NCBI GenBank assembly: GCA_949841045.1
Contig: CATKXS010000003.1
Span: 7,796 to 71,795, forward strand
DNA from: an uncultured Clostridia bacterium
GTDB lineage: Bacteria; Bacillota; Clostridia; Christensenellales; UBA1242
Reading direction: 5' to 3'
DNA: 64,000 bases
The notes below the pieces were generated by a model. The model saw only the letters and a list, made by a program, of their open reading frames with translations, searched no databases and was not told where the DNA came from. The position numbers and the translations under genes are program-made. Below are positions 40,404 to 48,644 of the stretch, piece by piece. Position 1 is the first letter of the stretch; every line of letters begins with the position of its first letter.

Positions 40404-40517
40404 AACGCCTCCTTAAAATTACATATAAGGTATTGTATCACAAAAATTAATTTTAGACAACTTAAAACTTATGAATTTTTAATTTTTTTATATTTCTAAC
40501 CTTTTACTTCGACAAGA

Positions 40518-41768
40518 TTAGTCAGATTCCAATATAAAATTAATTTTGAAATTTACGTATTCAAGAAAATTCTCAGGTCCGCCAATAGTCTTAATAAATC
40601 TGTTATATTCTTTTCTATTCTCTTTAAAAAATGTCTCATTTATACCTATTACATCAGTCTTATTTTTTCTTAATATTTTAAGTGCTGAGGTAAACTGAGT
40701 TTTGAGCTCATCATCAAGTTTTTTAACAATTTCTGGAGTCAACTCGCTAAATTCGGTATTAATTTTTAAATTTTCATGTGGTCCATCAATCTCAACAAGT
40801 TCAAGTCCTAATATAAGCTGCGCTCCATAAACTGGATAACCATTCTCAAAGGTTGACACCTTATTTATTCTTTTATTTTTAATTCTAAAAGAATATCTTA
40901 ATTTATTATCCTTATAATTCACATCATTTATAGTTATAATTTGATTTAATGATTCAATATTTAAAAGGTTTATTCCGTTGAGTTCATCAACAGACAAAAT
41001 CTGTTGTTTCTTTCCGTTTTTAATTAAAACAGCCTGTCCATCATTTTTTATCTGTTTACTTTGTTGCCCATCTTGTTTGCCAGAACCGCCCTCTGATGAG
41101 CCACCACCTTCAGCATCAGTTTGCTCGGCCCCTGTCTGAGTTGCTGTGCTGGCGTCTGGGTCTTCAGAAGTCAAGCTAATATAACCAATTAAAGAAGACT
41201 TAGATTCGCTATAATAACCCTTATAAAATGCCTCCAGCGAAGTGTCAGTAACATAAAGATTTTTGGCATTATATCCGATTATCTGTTCTAGTTGAAGTCC
41301 AACGCTTGTTTCTAGTGCTGAAGAAGCTTCCAACAGTTCTTTTGCGCTACTATTTGTACAAATGAAAACTGTGTTTTCTGAAAGTGATGTCACTCGACTT
41401 AAATAATCGATATACTCAGCAACGTCCTCTTCTAAAAGTTTTTCATTTACAACTGTAGTTTTTGCGTGAGAAAGTCCTATATCTCGCCCCATTGTTATTT
41501 GAGCATTATAAAGTGCTTTTGCAATCGTGTCACCCTTGCCAGAGATTACAGATGTGAGCTCCTTATATGAATTTTGTGCAGTTGGAATAAAAGTCAAAAG
41601 TGAAATTTCATATTCGCTTTCAAGCTGGTCAATTCCAATCGCAATCACAACCCCTCTATCTCTATTTTGACCTGGTGAAATTAAAGCTTGGGGCGTAAAA
41701 AAAATCAGAATCAAAATAAAAATAATAAGCATTGGGTTTTTGAGCATTTTTTTAACCCGATTTTTCAT
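40518..41768 (-). CDS. Ger(x)C-family germinant receptor C subunit
   Basis: Third gene of a gerA-type operon, overlapping the B subunit. Length and layout match the family. The N-terminal hydrophobic segment has no lipobox cysteine. Confidence 0.65.
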   Translation of the reverse strand: MKNRVKKMLKNPMLIIFILILIFFTPQALISPGQNRDRGVVIAIGIDQLESEYEISLLTFIPTAQNSYKELTSVISGKGDTIAKALYNAQITMGRDIGLSHAKTTVVNEKLLEEDVAEYIDYLSRVTSLSENTVFICTNSSAKELLEASSALETSVGLQLEQIIGYNAKNLYVTDTSLEAFYKGYYSESKSSLIGYISLTSEDPDASTATQTGAEQTDAEGGGSSEGGSGKQDGQQSKQIKNDGQAVLIKNGKKQQILSVDELNGINLLNIESLNQIITINDVNYKDNKLRYSFRIKNKRINKVSTFENGYPVYGAQLILGLELVEIDGPHENLKINTEFSELTPEIVKKLDDELKTQFTSALKILRKNKTDVIGINETFFKENRKEYNRFIKTIGGPENFLEYVNFKINFILESD

Positions 41769-42837
41769 TTTTCCTCCCCTTAATAATAGAAATAATCAAA
41801 CACAGAATTGGTAAAGCATAGCCTATAATTACACCTAGAATAGGAAGCCACGAAACGGTAGCATGGACAATAACCTCATATTTCCCAATAAAAACATAAT
41901 ATAAAATGAAGAAAGCGAGGTCAAAAACCACAATGGCGTATTTTTTATCAAGCAAAGGAAAAATTCCTAATAGACAATCGCAAAAACCATAACAATATAT
42001 TTCCATTTGAAATAAGGTAATAAACATTATTGTGAGCATTGCAATTATATCGAGTCTCCCTATGGCATTAAACTGCACTGAAAACACAAGTAAATCTGCA
42101 AGAGCATTGTTATGCATAAAAGAAGTTATCTGATATTTTCCATAGAATAAGAAAAATAATAAAACTACTAAAAGCATGCCCAAAAAGGTGTAAAAATACA
42201 TTTTTCTTTCCTGTCGTCTACGATAATCAATTTTATCTATTATGACAAACATGAAAAGAAGGTCACCAAAAGTAAAGGCATATTTGTACACAGAGCTAAA
42301 TATATTTTTAGCCGATGAAACAAAAAATGTTGGCGTTGAAATTGTTGTAAAAAGTGAAATTACAAGACAGAATATAAATCCCGCCATGATTACACTAAAA
42401 AATAATTCCATAGTTCTCGCCGTTGGCTTAATGCCAGACATAAAAGCATGGTTGACAACAGGCAAAAATGCTACAAAAGCTATCCAAATAAACTCATTTT
42501 GATAAATTTGTTGCTTAAAATACACGTAAACGATACTAAAAGTCAATAAAACCTTAAAAATCATAAAAACAAGCAACATAAAATAAATTATTTTTGCACC
42601 TACCACTGTAAGATATTTCTTTAAAATATCATGGAGTTTTTCGTCTGGGAAATTTCTCTTCAATAAAAATAAAATTGGCAAACATACAAACTCAAGTGCA
42701 AAGAGAATAATAATAGAGAATATACCATCAGCTTTTATAAAATTGTACATAAGTGCGGGTAAAAGTAGAATTTTATTTGAAAAAATTGTTAAACATATGA
42801 TAATTCCCGCTTGGCGCATTGAAATTCTATCTCTCAT
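41752..42837 (-). CDS. Germinant receptor B subunit (GerAB/APC-type transporter-like)
   Basis: About 10 TM helices. Start placed at ATG 42837 (MRDRISMRQAGII..), preceded by AAGGAGA and overlapping the A-subunit stop. Confidence 0.75.
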   Translation of the reverse strand: MRDRISMRQAGIIICLTIFSNKILLLPALMYNFIKADGIFSIIILFALEFVCLPILFLLKRNFPDEKLHDILKKYLTVVGAKIIYFMLLVFMIFKVLLTFSIVYVYFKQQIYQNEFIWIAFVAFLPVVNHAFMSGIKPTARTMELFFSVIMAGFIFCLVISLFTTISTPTFFVSSAKNIFSSVYKYAFTFGDLLFMFVIIDKIDYRRRQERKMYFYTFLGMLLVVLLFFLFYGKYQITSFMHNNALADLLVFSVQFNAIGRLDIIAMLTIMFITLFQMEIYCYGFCDCLLGIFPLLDKKYAIVVFDLAFFILYYVFIGKYEVIVHATVSWLPILGVIIGYALPILCLIISIIKGRKNEKSG

Positions 42838-44257
42838 TTCGTTTCTCCTTTTTCGGCGAATAGGTTTTCGGCAATTCTTCCATTTCTGTAATCGAAGAGG
42901 TAAAGATAGCATCTTTTAAATCTTTTGGAATACGTGGGCTATAAGGAGCAAGATAAGGTGTGCCATAAGAATCGAGTTTATTAAGATAATTTACAAAATA
43001 AACCATACCAGCAATCATTCCCATAAGCCCTAGAGACCCACCAAGAATGAGGAAAATAATTTGAAGTACAGTTATTTGTGATGACTGTTCTGGAATGGTG
43101 TAAAGTGCGATTTTTGCAAGAGCGACAATAATAACTCCTGGAGGAGAAATTAGCCCTGCTTTAACACCAGTATCACCTAGAATCAGCGCGCCTACAACTG
43201 AAGTCGCAAGTCCAAGATAACTTGGCAAACGCAAGCTTACCTCGTACAATATTTGAAACAATAGGAAGATAAATATAATCTCTAAAAATGGGGTAAAAGG
43301 TAGCCCTAGCGTAGTATCTGCGATGGTGATAAGAAAGTTCAAAGGCATAATATTATAATGAAATAGTTGAAGAGCAAGATAGAAGCCTGGTGCAAGCACT
43401 GCAACTAATAGTCCAAAAACTCTTATAATTCTTATAATACTCGAATAGTGATGATTTGTGTAATAATCATTACTGTTTTGTAAATCTTCAATTATAGCAA
43501 AAGGAACCGTTAAAACAATTGGTGAATTATCTACAAGAATTGCCACCTTTCCTTCAAGGATTTTAGAGGCAACAATGTCCGGCTTTTCTGCATTACCAAC
43601 CTGTTTAAAAAGCGAGTCTGGGTGTTCCTGTAAAAATGACAGAATATAATAAGAATCTACAACTCCGTCAATTTCAATTGCCTGTATTTTTTTTATAACC
43701 TTTTTAACGACTTCATCATTTGCTACGTCACTGAGATATGTAACTACCACTTTTGTCTGCGACTCACTTCCAACCTTTAAATTTTTTACCACAAGATTCT
43801 TGCTTTTAAGCCTGCGTCTAATAAGCGTGATATTTGTTTGAATGTCCTCTACAAATCCCTCTCTTGGACCTTGAATGACTGGCGAAGTTGGAGGCTCTGT
43901 TGGCTGTCTTGTTGGGAATTTTAATAAATCAACTGAAATTAGTTTTTGGGAAAAATTGGTTAAAATAATGATTTTACCATCTAAAATTTGGTCTACTATT
44001 TCATTTTCCTTTATTTCCTTGACGTCTGCACATTTTAAAATTTGTTCTGTCAAATTTTCAATTGAATACTTTCCTTCAAACGTCTGAATTGGATAATAAA
44101 TTCCACTTGCTAGTAGAGCTTGGTCGGTAATGCTCTTCAAAAATACAAGTGCAATTGTTTGGTCATCTTTTTTATAAAATCTATGAGCAAAATCGACACT
44201 TTCATTAAGCTCGCCTCTAAGCTCTTCAATCTTTTCTTCTACATTAAAATAAGACAT
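42827..44257 (-). CDS. Germinant receptor A subunit (GerAA/GerKA family)
   Basis: 476 aa with a soluble N-domain plus a C-terminal multi-TM region. Family-typical segments include IQGPREGFVEDI and NITLIRRRL. Confidence 0.8.
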   Translation of the reverse strand: MSYFNVEEKIEELRGELNESVDFAHRFYKKDDQTIALVFLKSITDQALLASGIYYPIQTFEGKYSIENLTEQILKCADVKEIKENEIVDQILDGKIIILTNFSQKLISVDLLKFPTRQPTEPPTSPVIQGPREGFVEDIQTNITLIRRRLKSKNLVVKNLKVGSESQTKVVVTYLSDVANDEVVKKVIKKIQAIEIDGVVDSYYILSFLQEHPDSLFKQVGNAEKPDIVASKILEGKVAILVDNSPIVLTVPFAIIEDLQNSNDYYTNHHYSSIIRIIRVFGLLVAVLAPGFYLALQLFHYNIMPLNFLITIADTTLGLPFTPFLEIIFIFLLFQILYEVSLRLPSYLGLATSVVGALILGDTGVKAGLISPPGVIIVALAKIALYTIPEQSSQITVLQIIFLILGGSLGLMGMIAGMVYFVNYLNKLDSYGTPYLAPYSPRIPKDLKDAIFTSSITEMEELPKTYSPKKEKRNER

Positions 44258-44331
44258 ACTTCCACCTTTTATGGATAGTATGTCTTAATAAATTTATTTT
44301 AATACCATTCTACAATCATAATTCAAAAATT

Positions 44332-45255
44332 TTAATTATTAGTATTCACTCTATAATAAACAATATTATCATAGTTTGCCACATTGTTGTCATCTATGCT
44401 TTTTGGAAGGATTCCAATGAGGTCTTGTCCCTCATAAATAGATTTAATATCAAATCTATAAACATAGTTTTCGCCTTCTTTTTCAACTTCAAAAGAATTT
44501 ATGTCGATAAATCTTGAACCAAGCACGATTTGCACCGCCTTATATTCTTCAGTAGAATAGGCAGTGAAGATTTTTGTTTCAAGATTAAAAGAAGGTCTAG
44601 GCTCATTTAGGAAGCCTTTAAGTTGTCTAACATGCAAAACCGAAATACTTTGTGAAGGTATGCTGGTTTTGTAGCCCGCTTTGTTTGAGCATGCAACAAT
44701 TGAAAATGTCCTTTGACCGCCTGTTAGATTTTCATAACTAAAAGATGTTTCGTTTACGTCAATATAATTTTCTTCTTCGCCGTTTACAAATACTCTATAA
44801 TAGTCAGCATTTTCAATTGTATCCCATTCAAGGACCTTTTGAGCTTCAAAGCAAACAACCGTTGGACTATCTAAATAACATGCACACTGCCAAGAGATTG
44901 CCCTGCTATATTCGCTATTGTTGCCATTCTTTTGGGCAAGATAACAAACTGAAACATTGTACGTACTTCCAAGTTTTCCACCACCAGCAACTATTTCATC
45001 AGAAGTAATGGTATTTTTAACGCTGTCTATTACAAACTTATCTCCACCTGAAACAAATCTAAATCTATATTTTTCATAACTGTCGTTAAGTTTAGTTGTT
45101 ATGTAAATATTCTTTCCATCATCTAAGATAGTTGGAGCTTCTGGCGTAAAGCCATTATAATTCAATAAAAACGCCGTTGTCAGTCCACCAACTGCAACAA
45201 CAACCATTGCTATTATTAAAATTATTATAGATAATTTTTTCTTCTTAGCATTCAT
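44332..45255 (-). CDS. Hypothetical N-terminally anchored extracellular protein
   Basis: 307 aa with one N-terminal TM helix and a beta-rich body; no confident family. Confidence 0.5.
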   Translation of the reverse strand: MNAKKKKLSIIILIIAMVVVAVGGLTTAFLLNYNGFTPEAPTILDDGKNIYITTKLNDSYEKYRFRFVSGGDKFVIDSVKNTITSDEIVAGGGKLGSTYNVSVCYLAQKNGNNSEYSRAISWQCACYLDSPTVVCFEAQKVLEWDTIENADYYRVFVNGEEENYIDVNETSFSYENLTGGQRTFSIVACSNKAGYKTSIPSQSISVLHVRQLKGFLNEPRPSFNLETKIFTAYSTEEYKAVQIVLGSRFIDINSFEVEKEGENYVYRFDIKSIYEGQDLIGILPKSIDDNNVANYDNIVYYRVNTNN

Positions 45256-45322
45256 ATGATAGATTTAGTATACACAAAAACAAAAAAATTTCAAAACATT
45301 TTTTAATAAAAGAAAAAACATA

Positions 45323-45351
45323 TTGACAAATGGATATAATTATGGTAAAAT
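45323..45351 (+). promoter_or_regulatory. Sigma-A-type promoter with an extended -10
   Basis: TTGACA at 45323-45328, a 17-nt spacer ending in TGg, then TAAAAT at 45346-45351. Confidence 0.6.
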
Positions 45352-45374
45352 AAAAACTGATTATTGGAGGAATT

Positions 45375-46343
45375 ATGTTAGATTTTATGAACACATCTCA
45401 ACTTGCTGCATTTTACTTAGGACTCATCTTCTCTGTCCTTACAATTGCAACATCATTACTCGCATTTAAATATGCAAAAAGATTGGACTCTTTTCCAAAA
45501 GCTCTCGCTATTACTTTAATTGCACCTTTCATTGCTGTTGTTTCTTGGCTATACCTTGTACTCAGCTTTACTGATGGACTCAGAAAAAATGATGCTCTTA
45601 CACTTGTAATTGCAATTTTACTTTCAGTATTTGTATTTGGTATGATTATTATCGTTTCAAAAGCACTTTACTCTAAGCATGGTGACGCTTTAGAAGAAGC
45701 TGACCAACTTAAAGAAATGGAAAGTGAAGAGACTGAAAATAAAGAAGAGAAGAATGAAGAAACTGCAGAAACTCCAGCACAAGCTATCCCACTACTCCTT
45801 GAAAACACTGCTGAAGATGAAGTTGCTATTATTGTTGAACCAGTAGAAGAAGCTGAGGAAACAGAAGAAGTTGAAACTCTTTCTGAAGAAGATGCTGAAG
45901 CTGTCGTTGAAAACGAAGAAGAAGTAGCTACAGAAGAAACTACTGAAGAAAATGAAGAAACTTCTGACGTTGAAGAAAACGAAGTTGAAGACGCTAGCGA
46001 AGAAGTTACAGAAGAAATAGACGAAGAAACTTCTGAGGAAGAGTCAACTGAAAGTGAAGAAGCTTCTGAAGAAATGGAAGAAGAGACTACAGAAACTGAA
46101 GAAGAACAAGTTGACGAAATCGTTGAAGAAGAAGTAAATGAAGAAAGTGAAGAAACTTCTGAAGAGCCTGAGACAGACGAAACAGAAGAAACAAGCGAAG
46201 AAACTTCTACAGAAGAAAGTGAATCTGAAGACGAAGATGAAGAAGATGATGATGACGATTTCGAAGAATTCTTAGAAGAACTCAGAAGAAAAGTTGAAGA
46301 AAGCAAAAAAGAGACTAACGACGAAGATAGTGATAACGAATAA
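45375..46343 (+). CDS. Three-TM membrane protein with a ~200-residue polyacidic (E/T/S-rich) tail
   Basis: 322 aa: three hydrophobic helices, then a low-complexity glutamate-rich sequence. GGAGG SD upstream. Confidence 0.6.
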   Translation: MLDFMNTSQLAAFYLGLIFSVLTIATSLLAFKYAKRLDSFPKALAITLIAPFIAVVSWLYLVLSFTDGLRKNDALTLVIAILLSVFVFGMIIIVSKALYSKHGDALEEADQLKEMESEETENKEEKNEETAETPAQAIPLLLENTAEDEVAIIVEPVEEAEETEEVETLSEEDAEAVVENEEEVATEETTEENEETSDVEENEVEDASEEVTEEIDEETSEEESTESEEASEEMEEETTETEEEQVDEIVEEEVNEESEETSEEPETDETEETSEETSTEESESEDEDEEDDDDDFEEFLEELRRKVEESKKETNDEDSDNE

Positions 46344-46345
46344 TT

Positions 46346-46378
46346 AAAAAAACTCTAGTTTGAAACTAGAGTTTTTTT
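46346..46378 (+). terminator. Intrinsic terminator
   Basis: ACTCTAG...CTAGAGT hairpin at 46352-46372, flanked by an A-run and a T-run. Confidence 0.75.
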
Positions 46379-46483
46379 AATGCCGAAATATTTTAATGGC
46401 TAATTATTAGAAGAATAACATCGTATTTTTGCCTGCCTAAAGAAAACTTTAAATAAAACTCTTGATATTTATGCAAGCCTAAA

Positions 46484-46510
46484 CAAAAAAAGCATATTTT
46501 TTAATATGCT
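46484..46510 (-). terminator. Intrinsic terminator of the LRR gene
   Basis: AGCATATT 46491-46498 pairs with AATATGCT 46503-46510. The A-run at 46484-46490 gives the T-run on the minus strand. Confidence 0.7.
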
Positions 46511-46512
46511 TT

Positions 46513-48519
46513 TTATATTTCTGTCACAAATTCATTATCTAACTGTTTTTGATTCAAATGCAACTTGTATTTATTATTTGATTTAAGAATATACTGCCCT
46601 CCACCTGCATCTGAATAGCCATTATATCCTCTATGTTTAGCTTTCGGCTCTGTTATAGGTTTTCCAAATCTTTCTCGAAGTTCTTTATTTACATCGTTAT
46701 AACCAGTCCCTGTTGTAACACTGTCAACCTCTATTCCTCTCTTTTTCATACCACTTATTATAGCTTCAGCCGATTTTTCTATAATATTCATAAGTGATTT
46801 CGAAGAAATACCTTTTTCATGATTTCTCATCTCAGCAATTATCTTATGTGGAATTTCAATATTGTCATAGCAAACAGTTTTTGTCTGTGGGTCATACCAA
46901 ATATAAGCCTGCCCGAGTATTCTTGTTTCGCCAGTAGATTTGCCTTTTTCATCTAGAATATTTTCCTCAAACACTAAAAAGCCTGCATTTGGATTGGTGT
47001 AGCCGTCATCTACGCAACTTTCCCCCACTCCTCCTATATGCTGACAGCAGTTTGTAATGTCACCAAGAACAAATCCTAGTGGGTCGTCTTTATCAAGAAT
47101 TCTAAAGTTTATGCCATTCTCGCTTTGAATTCTATCAGCTTCAATTATATAACTATTCTTAATTGTTTTTGCTTTATCATAGATTCTTTGAATTTGCTCG
47201 AATTGCTCTTGAGTATAGCCATACTTTCCAACAATTTTGGCCAGTTTTTCATTTCCTTCGTTTATATTGGTGTAATTAATCTCTCTCGAATGCATTGCAA
47301 CAAACTCTGGAGTAAGTAGTGAATTTTGAAAGTTACCATTAACAACGCGGTTTGGATAGTTTTTGAGTATATTTTCAAAATTATTATGAGCAATACAAAG
47401 ATAATCCCTAGTATAGCCATCATCGCCGTCAAAATTAAATTTCATAAAATCTCTATCGTTATGATAATATTTCATGAAGAACTTAGCAAATGTAGGGTTA
47501 AAAGGTCCATTTAATACAAGTTTAGAAAATCTTAAATGTATCTGACTACCAACTTGTTGTAAAGTTTTGTTTGGGTCTCGTGGTTTTGCAACATAATTTA
47601 AAATATAATCATATGCCTTCTCACTCTCGCCCTGATTTTTGGAAAAGCCACCAATTGCATAGTATATTTTCATAAGGTCAACAAGAGTGTTTGTTTTTTC
47701 GTTTCCTTCCAAAGTATCAAATTTGAGCGTTTTAACAAGTCTGCCCCAACGCTTATCGTTATTGTTAACAAAATAATCTTCTATACATTCGGTAGGAAAA
47801 GTTTTTAAAGTATATGTTGGTGGAACAAACTTTAATTTCCCCTGCTCTGCAAGTTCTCTCAATTTCAAATAATTATTTCTTAATTTTGAGGATTTTAAAA
47901 AATCCTCAGCTTCTTCCATGCTTATTTCAAATGCATTCCCCTCAAGGCTTTTGTCTTCTCCTTTTCTCAGTTCAATTGAACCCGATTTTGAAAGGTAATA
48001 AGTATACTCTTCTGCATTATCAAATATATTATAAAACGTAAATTTCCCATACGACAACCTATAACCATCTTCATATTCTGATTTTGTATTAAGTTTAATA
48101 GTTATTGATTCCAAATTCTTGCAACCAACAAATACATCGTGTCTTATTATTTTAACACTTGCTGGAATTACTATATTTTTTAGACTCGAACAATTTTTAA
48201 AAAAATATTCGCCAATCAAATCAATATTTTCTGGCAGTACTACATTTTGCAGATTTTCACATCCTTGAAATGTAAAAACACCTAGTTTTGTAATACTATT
48301 GGGAAAAACTACACTTCGCAGATTTGTAAGACCATCAAAAACGCTTACTGACAATTCTTCTACACCTTCAGGAATTACCAACTCCCTCAAATCGGTACAG
48401 TTAGCAAATGCACCAGGGTTAATATATTTTACATTTTCCCAAAATTTTTGAGGATTTTTAGTTAGAAAATCAAGGTCTTCATTTTTTACCGAACTTAATC
48501 CTCCATTACTTTTTTCCAT
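46513..48519 (-). CDS. BspA-type leucine-rich-repeat protein without a signal peptide, plus a large uncharacterised C-terminal region
   Basis: Repeats of about 23 aa: FANCTDLRELVIPEGV / FDGLTNLRSVVFPNSI / FQGCENLQNVVLPENI / FKNCSSLKNIVIPASV / FVGCKNLESITI. AAGGAGA SD. The C-terminal ~480 aa has no family I recognise. Confidence 0.7.
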   Translation of the reverse strand: MEKSNGGLSSVKNEDLDFLTKNPQKFWENVKYINPGAFANCTDLRELVIPEGVEELSVSVFDGLTNLRSVVFPNSITKLGVFTFQGCENLQNVVLPENIDLIGEYFFKNCSSLKNIVIPASVKIIRHDVFVGCKNLESITIKLNTKSEYEDGYRLSYGKFTFYNIFDNAEEYTYYLSKSGSIELRKGEDKSLEGNAFEISMEEAEDFLKSSKLRNNYLKLRELAEQGKLKFVPPTYTLKTFPTECIEDYFVNNNDKRWGRLVKTLKFDTLEGNEKTNTLVDLMKIYYAIGGFSKNQGESEKAYDYILNYVAKPRDPNKTLQQVGSQIHLRFSKLVLNGPFNPTFAKFFMKYYHNDRDFMKFNFDGDDGYTRDYLCIAHNNFENILKNYPNRVVNGNFQNSLLTPEFVAMHSREINYTNINEGNEKLAKIVGKYGYTQEQFEQIQRIYDKAKTIKNSYIIEADRIQSENGINFRILDKDDPLGFVLGDITNCCQHIGGVGESCVDDGYTNPNAGFLVFEENILDEKGKSTGETRILGQAYIWYDPQTKTVCYDNIEIPHKIIAEMRNHEKGISSKSLMNIIEKSAEAIISGMKKRGIEVDSVTTGTGYNDVNKELRERFGKPITEPKAKHRGYNGYSDAGGGQYILKSNNKYKLHLNQKQLDNEFVTEI

Positions 48520-48591
48520 GTAATTCTCCTTATATTAAGTATTCAACAATAGCTAACAACAGTCAATATAATTTTAGTTTTTGATTACTAC

Positions 48592-48622
48592 AAAAAACCA
48601 CCAAGTTTTCTAGTGGTTTTTT
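48592..48622 (-). terminator. Intrinsic terminator of leuS
   Basis: AAAACCAC...GTGGTTTT hairpin flanked by A- and T-runs. Confidence 0.75.
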
Positions 48623-48644
48623 AGTTAAACATTATTTTATGATT

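Noticed and set aside
45700-46300. Possible DNA tandem repeat or VNTR in the acidic-tail coding region
   Set aside because: The region is compositionally biased (GAA/GAT/ACT) but I found no exact repeating unit. I treat it as low-complexity coding sequence.
45668-46306. 212-aa serine-rich ORF on the minus strand
   Set aside because: It is the antisense image of the GAA-rich polyglutamate-coding region. It has no RBS or promoter and is pure low complexity.
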